A DNA stretch of 60,685 nucleotides, filler included, from a candidate division WOR-3 bacterium (GTDB lineage Bacteria; SDB-A), in NCBI GenBank assembly GCA_016934535.1. It is 4 parts of 4 records of this genome, joined end to end, with 100 filler letters (N's around TTAATTAATTAA, not from the genome) between each part and the next. Parts side by side here need not be neighbours in the genome. Positions count along the whole stretch, not along the records: positions 21,912 to 47,299 come from JAFGSQ010000050.1; 3 more parts are not named here. The stretch is one strand, 5' to 3'. Under the pieces are notes generated by a model, which saw only the letters and a program-made list of their open reading frames with translations, was not told the origin of the DNA and searched no databases. Shown one piece after another: positions 27,172-39,192 of this stretch. Within the stretch, counting starts at the first letter, position 1. Each line of letters starts with the position of its first letter. The translations under genes were made by a program, and so were the position numbers.

Positions 27172-27671
27172 TTCTTTATAAACCTGAATAGAGCCGCAAT
27201 GTATGAAAATTTGGATACTATCAGCAGGGATAAATAAAGCAGTATTCCGCCGAGAACGGCCGAATAAAATATTCTCGGCATTATCGAAATGAGAAAGACG
27301 TCCAATATGTTATCCGGTTTGGTGGAAAACCACAAAATGAATGACTGAAGAAAATTGACCGCGAACAGGCACAAGACTTTTCCGGCTGTGCTGTCAAATA
27401 TGAACCTGTTGCCCATATGACCTACAGTAAAACCTACGGCACTGTAAAAAATAATCCCAATGCCGATGTAATATCTCGAATAGAAATCAAGTATCAAACC
27501 CGCCATAAATCCCGCCCACAAGCCCATTCTTCTGCCGCCGTAAAAAGCCGCAAACAGGACAAAAGCGGGAACAAGATTTGGAGCAACGTTTTTGATGCTG
27601 AACCATTTCGCGGCAAAAAGCTCAAAAAAAGCCGCGATAAGCCCGATTATGAGACCGTATACAATTCTCAT
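27168..27671 (-). CDS. mreD: Rod shape-determining protein MreD
   Basis: Hydrophobic protein with 'PNL', 'GF.AGLILD' motifs, adjacent to mrdA. Confidence 0.8.
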   Translation of the reverse strand: MRIVYGLIIGLIAAFFELFAAKWFSIKNVAPNLVPAFVLFAAFYGGRRMGLWAGFMAGLILDFYSRYYIGIGIIFYSAVGFTVGHMGNRFIFDSTAGKVLCLFAVNFLQSFILWFSTKPDNILDVFLISIMPRIFYSAVLGGILLYLSLLIVSKFSYIAALFRFIKK

Positions 27672-29031
27672 CAGAGAATGTACTTCCTCGAGTCTTCCTC
27701 TTTCATTACGCTTTCCATTTTTTCCTTGACTATTTCATCTGTTATCACTTTCAGACCCGGTTCTTCCGTTGCATTGAAAAGTATGTCCTCCAGGAGAACG
27801 TTTAAAATGGTCTGGAGTCTTCTGGCTCCAATGTTTTCAGAGGTTCTGTTCAGCTCAAATGCGACTTCGGCAATATTACGGAGCGAATCGCCTTCAAACT
27901 GAAGATTTACCCCGTCCTGTTTAAGAAGCTCCTGATATTGAATAATGAGCGAGTTTTTCGGTTCTTTGAGAATTCTGTAATAATCCTCTTCCTTTAAGTC
28001 ATTGAGCATTACACGAATCGGGAACCTTCCCTGAAATTCAGGTATCATGTCTGAAGGATTTGAAACATTGAAGGCTCCGGCGGCAATGAATAATATGTGA
28101 TCTGTTTTGACGGTTCCGAATCTCGTCTGAACGGTAGTGCCTTCAATTATCGGTAAAAGGTCTCTCTGAACGCCCTCACGGGAAACGTCCTGCCCGGTTT
28201 TGGAACTACCGTCTTCGCCGACAGTTATTTTGTCTATTTCGTCAATGAATATAATCCCCTGTTCTTCGGCCAGACGGCAAGCTTCCATGCCTATGTCATG
28301 TTCTTCGAGAAGAGCCGACATTTCCTCTTCGCATATCAGTTCAAAAGCGTCTCTGAGTTTAACCTTTTTCATCTTTCTTCTTTTAGGACTAATGTTTCCT
28401 ATCATGTCCTGCATGTTAATCCCCATTTCTTCCATACCGACCGGTGAAAATACTTCTATGAAAGGTTTTCCGGCCGAAGAGGAAACAGGAATTTCCACCT
28501 CTCTCTCATCGAGCGCTTTATTCCTCAGCATGTTCCTGAAATGTTCTCTTGTGCCGCCTTCGCTCTGAATGCCAGGTAATTTGTTCGCGGGTAAAAGTAT
28601 GTCGAGAATCCTTTCTTCCGTTTTTGCTTCGGCCACGGGTCTGATTTTAGCTGATACCTTGGCTTTGATCATCATCGCGGCGGTATGAACAAGATCCCGA
28701 ACCATCGAAGAAACGTTTTTACCCACGTACCCTATCTCGGTGTACTGCGTCGCTTCAACTTTTATAAAAGGAGCCTGAAGGAGTTTAGCAAGTCTTCTGG
28801 CTATTTCGGTCTTTCCGACACCTGTGGGGCCAATCATTATTATGTTCGCAGGGATGATGTCCTCCCTCAGGTTTTTGGGAACCCTGGCTCTCCTCCATCT
28901 GTTTCTTACAGCTATTGACACCGACTTTTTAGCTTCCGGCTGACCGACTATGTATTGATCGAGAAACTCGACTATCTTTTTTGGAGTCAACGAAGCCGAA
29001 TAATTCTCTATAATTTCAAAACTGCTTTCCA

Positions 29032-29035
<4 letters not shown>
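27671..29035 (-). CDS. hslU: ATP-dependent protease ATPase subunit HslU
   Basis: RNRWRR, GPTGVGKTEIARRLA, FIDEIDK, GVQRDLLP and ENIGARRL. Confidence 0.97.
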
Positions 29036-31037
<2,002 letters not shown>

Positions 31038-31064
31038 TTATTCCATAGGATCATCAACATTAAA

Positions 31065-31796
31065 TTAATCTTTTTCAGCTTTTTGTCTCCAAAAATATTC
31101 CATTGTGTCAATATTCTCGACATTCATGTCCAATCCGGACTCAGTCATTTTCTTTTTGACGTGCGCGAACCTTTTTTTGAATTTCTCTATTGTTTTACCG
31201 AGGGCGATTTCAGGATCCACCCCCAGATGATTCGCCAAGTGGACGACGACGAACAATATGTCTCCCGTCTCCTCTTCCCTCTCGGAAAAACTGCCGCTTT
31301 GGGCAAGCTCACTGATTTCTTCGTTCAGTTTTTCAATGACTTTCTCAGGACAGTCCCAGTCAAAACCGGTTTCGGAAGCTTCTTTCTGAACTGCAGAAGC
31401 TATTTTGAGTAGAGAATCGCTTTTCCGGATCTCCTTTAGCTTCATTTCCTTCCATATTCGCCACACATCTTCCGGTGTGTCGGCTCTTTCTTCTGCGAAG
31501 ATGTGCGGGTGCCTGAAAACAATCTTTTCCCGAATTCCCTTCAAAACATCCTCTATGTCAAAAAAACCCTTTTCATGGGCCACTGCAGACATCATTACGA
31601 TTACAAGAAGAAGATCACCGAGCTCTTCCCTCAGTTTTTCAGAGGTCAAAAAAACCGATTCTTTGGCTTCTGCAGCCTCTTCAAGCAGATGTTCTGACAG
31701 GCTTTCTATTGTCTGAACTCTGTCCCAAGGGCATTTCTTTCTCAACACTGAAACGGTTTCGACAAAATCCCAAAAAATATCTTTTTCTTTTTCCAT
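31065..31796 (-). CDS. mazG: Nucleoside triphosphate pyrophosphohydrolase MazG (tandem domain)
   Basis: CPWDRVQT, EELGDLL, RHPHIF, GFDW and GDILF. Confidence 0.92.
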   Translation of the reverse strand: MEKEKDIFWDFVETVSVLRKKCPWDRVQTIESLSEHLLEEAAEAKESVFLTSEKLREELGDLLLVIVMMSAVAHEKGFFDIEDVLKGIREKIVFRHPHIFAEERADTPEDVWRIWKEMKLKEIRKSDSLLKIASAVQKEASETGFDWDCPEKVIEKLNEEISELAQSGSFSEREEETGDILFVVVHLANHLGVDPEIALGKTIEKFKKRFAHVKKKMTESGLDMNVENIDTMEYFWRQKAEKD

Positions 31797-31822
31797 TGAT
31801 TATTTTACCAAAAAAAACACCG

Positions 31823-32929
31823 TCAGAGAAGTTTATCGGCCACACCCCTGGAAGAACAATTAAAACCGGATTTTTTTAGCGACATTTCCATTTCCACCAG
31901 ACGGACATCCGAAGCAAGCATCATCTCTATCAATTCGTCAAGACCGACGACCGGTTTCCAGCCGAATTTTTTTTCGGCTTTCGAGCTGTCGCCGATAAGC
32001 TTTTCGACTTCAGACGGTCTGTAGTAATTCGGGTCAACTCTGACGAGAGTTCTTCCGCTGGAGTCATCCACTCCTGTTTCTTTGTCCCCTTTACCTTTCC
32101 AGGATATTTTTATGCCTATTTTCTCGAAAGATTTTTCTATAAAGTACCTGACCGAATTGGTCTTACCAGTTGCTATGACGTAATCATCCGGTTCTTCCTG
32201 CTGAAGCATCAGCCACATCGCCTGAACGAAATCTCCCGCGAAGCCCCAATCTCTCTGCGCTTCGAGATTGCCCAAGAATATTTCGTTCTGAAGTCCGAAT
32301 TTAATCCTCGCAACCGCCCTGGTGATTTTCCTGGTCACAAAAGTCTCGCCTCTTCTCGGAGATTCGTGATTGAAAAGTATCCCGTTGCTCGCGTGCATTC
32401 CGAAAGCCTCTCTGTAATTGACTGTGATCCAGAATGAATAAAGTTTCGCCACTCCGTATGGACTCCTGGGGTGAAAGGGTGTGCTTTCGTTTTGTGGAAA
32501 TTCTACCGCTTTGCCGAACAGTTCACTCGTCGAAGCCTGGTAAAACCTGACTTTATCATGCATTTTCAGTATTCTCATAGCCTCGAGAATGCGCAAAGTC
32601 CCGACAGCATCCGATTGAGCTGTGTATTCAGGAGTTTCAAAAGAAACCTGAACGTGACTCTGAGCGCCAAGGTTGTATATTTCGTCGGGTTCAATTTTAT
32701 TGAGCAATTTGATTATACTCGATGAATCTGTCAAGTCGGCGTAATGCAAAAATAGTTTGGCTCCCGGCAGATGAGGATCGTCGTATAGATGATCTATCCT
32801 TTCGGTATTGAAAATCGAACATCTTCTTCTCATACCGTGGACCTCGTATCCTTTTCCCAAAAGCAACTCGGCAAGATAAGAACCGTCCTGTCCGGTAATT
32901 CCCGTGATGAGAGCTTTGCGCGAATTCAT
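31823..32929 (-). CDS. gmd: GDP-mannose 4,6-dehydratase
   Basis: [26 protein letters not shown] and [16 protein letters not shown]. Confidence 0.97.
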   Translation of the reverse strand: MNSRKALITGITGQDGSYLAELLLGKGYEVHGMRRRCSIFNTERIDHLYDDPHLPGAKLFLHYADLTDSSSIIKLLNKIEPDEIYNLGAQSHVQVSFETPEYTAQSDAVGTLRILEAMRILKMHDKVRFYQASTSELFGKAVEFPQNESTPFHPRSPYGVAKLYSFWITVNYREAFGMHASNGILFNHESPRRGETFVTRKITRAVARIKFGLQNEIFLGNLEAQRDWGFAGDFVQAMWLMLQQEEPDDYVIATGKTNSVRYFIEKSFEKIGIKISWKGKGDKETGVDDSSGRTLVRVDPNYYRPSEVEKLIGDSSKAEKKFGWKPVVGLDELIEMMLASDVRLVEMEMSLKKSGFNCSSRGVADKLL

Positions 32930-33007
32930 TATTTCTCCTTTTTCCTTAACAATGATTATGTTTATTGATACAATATACCTGACAAATAATCAATCGTAAC
33001 TGAATAT

Positions 33008-34519
33008 ATGGAAAAATTAATCCTCACTCCCACTGAAATTAGCGCATTTCTTCTGCACGACAACAAATGCGTTCTCATCGAAGAGGGCAGGATCATATAC
33101 GCAAATGAAAGCATGAGATTCCTGTTTTCCTCCGACCCGATAGGATATTTCGTCACTGATCTTTTCCAAAAAGAAGATTTCTCGGAAAATTCCAGACTGA
33201 ATGCGCTGCTCCGAAAACCTCAAAAATCTTATTGTTTTTGGCTGGGCGTTCATATGGTCATAGACAGGATCATATACCCCTCCAACATACTTGTTTCTTC
33301 AATAAGCATAAAAAACAAATGGATTTGGAGACTGTACGCCTTTTTTGACATAGACGATTTTTTTAAAAGATATTTTTCGTCGTCTTTTTTGGATTACATC
33401 CCGGACGCTGTAGCATTTCTCGATACGGAAAGCAACATAATCAGCGCCAATAAAGTTTTTCTCGAAACATTCGGCTATCAAAGCAAAGACGAGATTTTCA
33501 AAAAAAACATTGACAATCTTATAGTCCCCAAAAATGAATATAATTCCGGAAAGGAACTGACTAAAAACATAATGCGGGGCATGAGACTCGGGCAGGATGA
33601 CGTTCCGAGGATTCGCAAAGACGGTTCGGCTATCTGGGTCAGCATAGCGGGAGGACCGGTTTATTTCGAAGACGAAAAATACAGCAAAAATGACACAGAA
33701 CCTATCGGGATAGTGGTGATTTACCGGGACGTAACCGACGTCCATGAAAACCGCATAAAAACAGCCTCGCAGGAAACCAGGATCCAGAACTATTACGAAC
33801 ACAAAATGAAGGCTAACGACACAGAAAACATACAAGAAAGCATGGACATTATAGCCAACGGCTTTCTTGAAAATTCATTTTTAGGAGTTTACTTCAATAT
33901 TAATACAGAAAAAGGAAGATGTATTATCCGGAAAGGATTTTTCGAAAACAAATCTTTCGATGAAGCCGTCGAAAAAAATCTGAAACAAAAATACAGAAAA
34001 AAAATGATTTACATAACTGAAAAAAATTATCACGTCCTCGATTTACCCAAAACCTGTTCCTCTGTCGTCGGTAAAAACGAATTGAAGCTACTTTTTTCAC
34101 CTATCATTTCGGACGAAGACATTAATGTAAACGAGTTTCCGGCAAATTACATAATAGCTGTCAGTGAACCCGATAACCACGAATACAAAGAAGAACTCTT
34201 TTCGATGTACAGCCAAACCATACACATTTTGACTCAGAAGAATATACTAAAGGAAAATCGTGAAAATCTCCTGAAAACCGAGGTTCTTTTACAGACAGCC
34301 GGAGCCGTATCGCACCATATCACACAGCCCCTGACTGTCGCGATGCTGGCGATTTCTCAGGTCAAAGAGACCTGTGCGGATCAGAAAACAAAAAAACAGC
34401 TGGATATTATCATGGATTCTCTTAAAAGAATGGAAAGCGAAATCGCAAAACTCCGTAACATAGCAGAATATAACACAGAAAAGTATATTGGCGACACTAA
34501 GATAATAAATTTAAACTGA
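33008..34519 (+). CDS. PAS-domain protein ending in a HisKA-like helix pair, without an ATPase domain
   Basis: PAS 'IPDAVAFLD...ANKVF..FGY' and PAC 'RKDGSAIWV..RDVT'. C-terminal 'AGAVSHHITQPLT'. No N/G1/G2 boxes. Confidence 0.75.
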   Translation: MEKLILTPTEISAFLLHDNKCVLIEEGRIIYANESMRFLFSSDPIGYFVTDLFQKEDFSENSRLNALLRKPQKSYCFWLGVHMVIDRIIYPSNILVSSISIKNKWIWRLYAFFDIDDFFKRYFSSSFLDYIPDAVAFLDTESNIISANKVFLETFGYQSKDEIFKKNIDNLIVPKNEYNSGKELTKNIMRGMRLGQDDVPRIRKDGSAIWVSIAGGPVYFEDEKYSKNDTEPIGIVVIYRDVTDVHENRIKTASQETRIQNYYEHKMKANDTENIQESMDIIANGFLENSFLGVYFNINTEKGRCIIRKGFFENKSFDEAVEKNLKQKYRKKMIYITEKNYHVLDLPKTCSSVVGKNELKLLFSPIISDEDINVNEFPANYIIAVSEPDNHEYKEELFSMYSQTIHILTQKNILKENRENLLKTEVLLQTAGAVSHHITQPLTVAMLAISQVKETCADQKTKKQLDIIMDSLKRMESEIAKLRNIAEYNTEKYIGDTKIINLN

Positions 34520-35249
34520 CCCAAAAATCAATATTCTTGAGGACCTCCGAAACCGTTTGCAACACTTTCTTTACAACTGAATCATAGAATATTCGGGAAA
34601 GCTCAGGATCATTTACCGGATCACCTCCCGATCCGTCATATACAATCACGGTTGAAGGGACGGGTACCGAATCAATGCCTTTATGAGGGCAGTATTTTGA
34701 AATTTTTGTCGAATATTCCCATCTGACAAGCTCCGGACACACAGCTTGAATCATGGCGGTTTCATCAATCGCCGCGTGTCCTCCCGTTTTTTTGAATATT
34801 TCTTCAGACAGATCCGCGCAGTGTATCCACCAGTGCACGGTGACTACAAAAAGACCGGTTTCTCTGTATACCCTTTCGGCAACATTTTTCAGGGAAGCCA
34901 TGTTGCCTCCGTGTCCGTTGTTTATCACAATCTTTTTGAAACCGGTTTTCTTAAGAGAAACAGAAATTTCAAACAGCAAATTTTCAAAAGTGTCTTTTGT
35001 CAGCGTCATGGAGCCATTGTACGGGAGTAATCCGCCGGTCAATCCGTAGGGAACTGCCGGAGCTATCAAAGCGTTCAAACCTCCAGCTATGTCTTGGGAA
35101 ATTTTATCGGGTATGATTACGTCCGTGCCCAGAGGGGCAATTCCATGAGCTTCAATCGTTCCTACTGGAAGAATTACAGTGTCAATTGACTTCTCTCTAA
35201 TAATCTCCGTAAGTTCGATATTGTTTAAACCGAGGATATTCCTTTCCAT
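34497..35249 (-). CDS. Creatininase / creatinine amidohydrolase family protein
   Basis: PVGTIEAHG..PLGTD, NGHGGN and GHA..DET. Confidence 0.9.
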   Translation of the reverse strand: MERNILGLNNIELTEIIREKSIDTVILPVGTIEAHGIAPLGTDVIIPDKISQDIAGGLNALIAPAVPYGLTGGLLPYNGSMTLTKDTFENLLFEISVSLKKTGFKKIVINNGHGGNMASLKNVAERVYRETGLFVVTVHWWIHCADLSEEIFKKTGGHAAIDETAMIQAVCPELVRWEYSTKISKYCPHKGIDSVPVPSTVIVYDGSGGDPVNDPELSRIFYDSVVKKVLQTVSEVLKNIDFWVSLNLLS

Positions 35250-35253
35250 ACTG

Positions 35254-36561
35254 TTAAAAATACCTCATGGCCAGAACTACTCCCGCAGCGGTTCCGGCGG
35301 CGAATGACAAAAATATTATTATGGAAACAGCAGAGTTGAGAAAAGAAAGCTTTGCTTCGTATTTTTTAATTTTTTTAAAGTCTACGTCGGGAGTTTTCTT
35401 TTCAGGTTTTCCTCTGTCCCACAGATAGGATTTTTCAATTTCATCGATTTCCTGAAATTTATCGAAGGACAGTGTTTTTTCATCTTTCTTTTGTTCCTCG
35501 GTTTTTATACCTTCCTCAAATTCATCAGGAGGAGGAGGAGGCACCATTTTTTGGGCAGGAAGAGATTCTGGTACCGGTTCCGGGGGAGTCGGTTCCGGAG
35601 GAGCCGGTTCAGGTTCAATTTTTTCGGCCGTGCTTTTCTCAGGAATTTCTGCAGAAACCTGACTCATCGCGACCAAATCACCTTCACGGAAATCATCCTC
35701 TTCTTTCTCTTCCTGCAGTTGTGCGGATTCTTTCTCGGGAGGCGGCGGCGGCGCTATGATTGTGTGTTCTATCAATAAATCCTCTTCGGGGGTTTCTTCC
35801 GATTTGGAGGGTTTTAACTTTGAAATCGCCTGAGATATTTTATCCAGGTCGGCAATCTGCTGTTCTGTCTTTGCTGTGTCTTTCGCCGCTTTGAGATTGA
35901 TTTTTGCAATTTCAATGTTGCCAAGCATGATGTGGCAGTGAATCGCTCCGACAAGACTTTCAAACTTCTTCAGCTGGCTTTCCGATCCCTTCTCGTAGCA
36001 ATTTAAAGCTTTGTCGTATTGAGCTTTTCCCGCGTAGTATTTTCCGAAAAGCGTCCAAAGGTAAGGGTCGTTTTTGCTGACTGAAAGCAATGATCCAATT
36101 TCCTCCGCTGCCGCATCGTCGATTTTCGTTTCGTCAAGTTTTTCGACGAACTCGATTGATTTTTTAAGAATTCTGTTTGTGGTCAGCATTTCCTTAATGA
36201 GTGAGTCAGCCATGTTCCTCTCACCAGCGGAACTTTTCTGCAGACTGAGGTTTTTCAGCGAGAAATAAGCGTCGACATTGTGCCCGAGCACTTCTGAGTT
36301 AGCGGCTTGAATCACGACTTTTTGAGTTGCGGATTTGGAATTGTCTATAGCGATGGCAAAAGCATCCATCGCCTTCTCTTTCTCTTTCCTTTTAGAATAG
36401 ATTAGCCCTTTCTGATACTGCAAAAAAGCTGTGACTCCTTTATCCATGTCCTTTTCAGATTTGTACAGATTCTCTATAACTTCGAGAGCTCTTTCGTGTT
36501 CCCCGATTTTTCTCATCTTTTGGATTTCTTTGAGAATTTCTTTGATGTCGCCGTCGATCAT
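35254..36561 (-). CDS. TPR protein with Pro/Glu-rich linker and C-terminal TM anchor
   Basis: TPR-like helices (A...Y..G, ALNCYEKG), PPPPP/PEP repeats and a terminal hydrophobic helix. Confidence 0.7.
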   Translation of the reverse strand: MIDGDIKEILKEIQKMRKIGEHERALEVIENLYKSEKDMDKGVTAFLQYQKGLIYSKRKEKEKAMDAFAIAIDNSKSATQKVVIQAANSEVLGHNVDAYFSLKNLSLQKSSAGERNMADSLIKEMLTTNRILKKSIEFVEKLDETKIDDAAAEEIGSLLSVSKNDPYLWTLFGKYYAGKAQYDKALNCYEKGSESQLKKFESLVGAIHCHIMLGNIEIAKINLKAAKDTAKTEQQIADLDKISQAISKLKPSKSEETPEEDLLIEHTIIAPPPPPEKESAQLQEEKEEDDFREGDLVAMSQVSAEIPEKSTAEKIEPEPAPPEPTPPEPVPESLPAQKMVPPPPPDEFEEGIKTEEQKKDEKTLSFDKFQEIDEIEKSYLWDRGKPEKKTPDVDFKKIKKYEAKLSFLNSAVSIIIFLSFAAGTAAGVVLAMRYF

Positions 36562-37292
36562 TCCGTGATCCTGTTTTTCGTACGAGCTTTACTTGCTTCA
36601 ATTTCAATAATTCTATAACCTGTGTCTCTGAATCCTATCTTCTCAGCCAAAACCCACGATCTGAAGCTAATTTCAGGCGCGAGATAAATAGGTTTGATGC
36701 CGAGGGAAATAAGTTCTGAGGCCAGAGAAGACAAAACGTATACTGCCCATTTTTCGTTGTCGGATTCACCTGAACACTCCAGAGATAATTCGGCGGCTTT
36801 TTCGTACATCCAGAAAACAGACGATGAAGCTTTCGTCTCGCCTTCCAGGACAGTCTTGACCTCAATCGGAAAACCTTTAGAATCGCGGTTTATCACAACA
36901 TCACCCCTCGGCCTTTGAGTGCCGGCAATGGCAGGAGTATCACACTCCATGACCGTATAAATCTCAAAACTTCTCCCGGGATTCTCAAGCAGTTCCAGAA
37001 AACCTTGTGACTGTTCGGGTATATCTATTCTGTATCCGGAATAATCTTTAGCATCAAAAAGTTCGGTGATAAAAATATCAATAATCTTTCTTTCGTCGGA
37101 TTTTATGAAAATCATTCTTCGCACGTCGTCTATTGAAGATATAAATTTCGTCTCAAAGCCCTTTAAGCCGAACAACTCGGATGAAGGGTTGTTTTTCAGG
37201 AAAAAAACGGAGAGATAATCCCCCGCGTCTTTAATAAACATATCAATGTAGGGATAAGTCTCCCTTTCGATTTTAAAAATCCTTTTCGTCAT
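36558..37292 (-). CDS. Hypothetical protein with degenerate GNAT-like C-terminus
   Basis: 'PIY....SFRSWVLAEKIGF' resembles the GNAT terminal motif, but the acetyl-CoA RxxGxA motif is absent. Confidence 0.5.
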   Translation of the reverse strand: MTKRIFKIERETYPYIDMFIKDAGDYLSVFFLKNNPSSELFGLKGFETKFISSIDDVRRMIFIKSDERKIIDIFITELFDAKDYSGYRIDIPEQSQGFLELLENPGRSFEIYTVMECDTPAIAGTQRPRGDVVINRDSKGFPIEVKTVLEGETKASSSVFWMYEKAAELSLECSGESDNEKWAVYVLSSLASELISLGIKPIYLAPEISFRSWVLAEKIGFRDTGYRIIEIEASKARTKNRITE

Positions 37293-37675
37293 CTGTCATA
37301 ACTTATTACATAATCCATTATGCCATCAGACCCGTATCCGTATATCCGATATCCGGATCCGTCGTTTACGTAACCAACCTGTCCCTTCGACGCAGGCATG
37401 CCGTCAACAAAAGCAGGGACTCCTGAAGCGTAAGGGTTTAAAGCAGAAGGCATATCGATTTCGTTTATCGAACGGGGACAAGCCGATGAAGGAGACTCCA
37501 AAATAAACAGATCCAGTGCGTCCTTAAGTTTCTGCATATTTATCTTGACGGACTTATCTTTTGCCGCCGCGGCCTGATCAATGGAAGCTCGCCCGGACAT
37601 ATCATCCACGGCTCCGGATGAACATCCGGCGAGCGATAAAATCATGAACAAAGATAAAACTTTAAGCTTCCTCAT
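37289..37675 (-). CDS. Lipoprotein with pilin/GspG-like head domain
   Basis: Lipobox LAGC, then 'AKDKSVKINMQKLKDALDLF...P....NPY...GQVGY....YRIYGYGSDG'. Confidence 0.55.
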   Translation of the reverse strand: MRKLKVLSLFMILSLAGCSSGAVDDMSGRASIDQAAAAKDKSVKINMQKLKDALDLFILESPSSACPRSINEIDMPSALNPYASGVPAFVDGMPASKGQVGYVNDGSGYRIYGYGSDGIMDYVISYDR

Positions 37676-37684
37676 CTCTCCTGC

Positions 37685-38263
37685 TTATTTCAGGATATTT
37701 TCCAGCGCCTCCTCCATCTCTCCCTGCATGTCGGGCGAGAAGCCGACGAAAGATTTAACTATCTTTCCCGATGAATTCAGAATGTAAGTTTGAGGTATCG
37801 CTCCCCCTCCAGGGGCAAGAGCCATGGACATGAAATCGCTGTTAGTGGTATGAAGCGTCATGTAATTTATTTTGTTTGAGGAAACGAAGGCGGGCAAGAC
37901 TCCCATATTGTCGTCAACACTGATTCCTATCACAACTAAACCTTTGCTTCCCAATTCCTCCTGGAATTCAATGAGATGAGGAATCTCGGCTCTGCAAGGT
38001 CCGCACCATGTCGCCCAGAAATCTATCAAGTATGCTTTTGCTCCCAAAGAAGTGAGCTTAACTGTGTCTCCGCCGTCAAGCCAGGCCATTTCCGGAAAAT
38101 TGCTGCCGACTTTCATGTCAGAATTCGTGAAAGAAACCATTGAAAAAATTCCTGATTCGGAAGCCGAAGAATTTGTCGCTGTTCCGCTGCCTTGAGAAGA
38201 TCCACATGTGAAAATTCCTGTCAAAAGAGTTACAACCGAGAGTAAAATCATAGCGCGTTTCAA
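37685..38263 (-). CDS. TlpA/ResA family thiol-disulfide oxidoreductase, exported
   Basis: DFWATWCGPCRAEIP and IPQT (cis-Pro). N-terminal signal or lipoprotein peptide. Confidence 0.92.
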   Translation of the reverse strand: MKRAMILLSVVTLLTGIFTCGSSQGSGTATNSSASESGIFSMVSFTNSDMKVGSNFPEMAWLDGGDTVKLTSLGAKAYLIDFWATWCGPCRAEIPHLIEFQEELGSKGLVVIGISVDDNMGVLPAFVSSNKINYMTLHTTNSDFMSMALAPGGGAIPQTYILNSSGKIVKSFVGFSPDMQGEMEEALENILK

Positions 38264-38280
38264 AAATCCTCCTTTATAAG

Positions 38281-39138
38281 CTACCGGAAAAGGATCTTTC
38301 CTTTTCCTATAATTGTGTTGATGGCGTCGCGGAAAAACACGACTGCCGTGTCCCAGTCGGCATCTTTTACCGCTTCCTGTCTGTAAAATTGTAATGCTTT
38401 CTTTATTTCGTTGAGAAGATTCACCGGGATTTTTCCGGTTTTTGCCGATTCATCCGACTCTTCAGGATAATACATTTTCAACTCATTGACTACTCTGCTC
38501 GCCAGGTTTCTCAGCTTATCTTCAGGTGTTTTGGGAATGTTGAAAAATTCTTCGAGAGAGGATGTACTCTGCGTCGTTTCCTGTGAGCTTTTGCTTCTGA
38601 AATCATCAGCCGGTTTTAAATCTTTTTTATGTTGAGTAATGCCGCCTCCCGATTGTATCGAAAAAGAATCTTCAAAAACGGGTTTCGGCTTCGAAGTTAG
38701 TCCACTCAGGTCAAAAGGGTTACCCTGTTTTATTATATCGGGTTTTTCTGTTTTGGGCGTCTGTTTCTGAAAACCGAAATCGTCGGGAAAGCTCGTAAAA
38801 TCCTGCTTTTTCTGTTTAATAGGCATTTCGAACTCATTCCTGAACATTTCGGTTTCGTCCAGAATGGATTCTTTCTTTTTCGGTTGGGAAACGCTTTTTT
38901 CAAACAAATCTGATTTTCCCGAAAATGTCTGGTTTTGAACTGCTTGTCTGCTGGAAAATTTCTGAAACTCGATTTCAGCTTCTTCTCTTGATATTCTGGT
39001 TAAAATCAAAGGCAGAGGTTCAACAAAAATCGTAAAAATATTACCGCATTCAATGCACTCGACTGGTGCTCCTCCATTGGGCACCTCTGAATCTTTCACT
39101 GAATACCTTGTCTTACAACGGGGACATTCAATTATCAT
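38281..39138 (-). CDS. MJ0042-type zinc-ribbon protein with low-complexity linker and helical C-terminal domain
   Basis: MIIECPRCKTRY...VECIECGNIF and C-terminal 'LRNLASRVVNELKMYYP...FFRDAINTII'. Confidence 0.75.
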   Translation of the reverse strand: MIIECPRCKTRYSVKDSEVPNGGAPVECIECGNIFTIFVEPLPLILTRISREEAEIEFQKFSSRQAVQNQTFSGKSDLFEKSVSQPKKKESILDETEMFRNEFEMPIKQKKQDFTSFPDDFGFQKQTPKTEKPDIIKQGNPFDLSGLTSKPKPVFEDSFSIQSGGGITQHKKDLKPADDFRSKSSQETTQSTSSLEEFFNIPKTPEDKLRNLASRVVNELKMYYPEESDESAKTGKIPVNLLNEIKKALQFYRQEAVKDADWDTAVVFFRDAINTIIGKGKILFR

Positions 39139-39192
39139 AAACTTCCTCGTAAATTAGTATAAAATTACAAAAACTGTCTTTTTCTCTGAATA

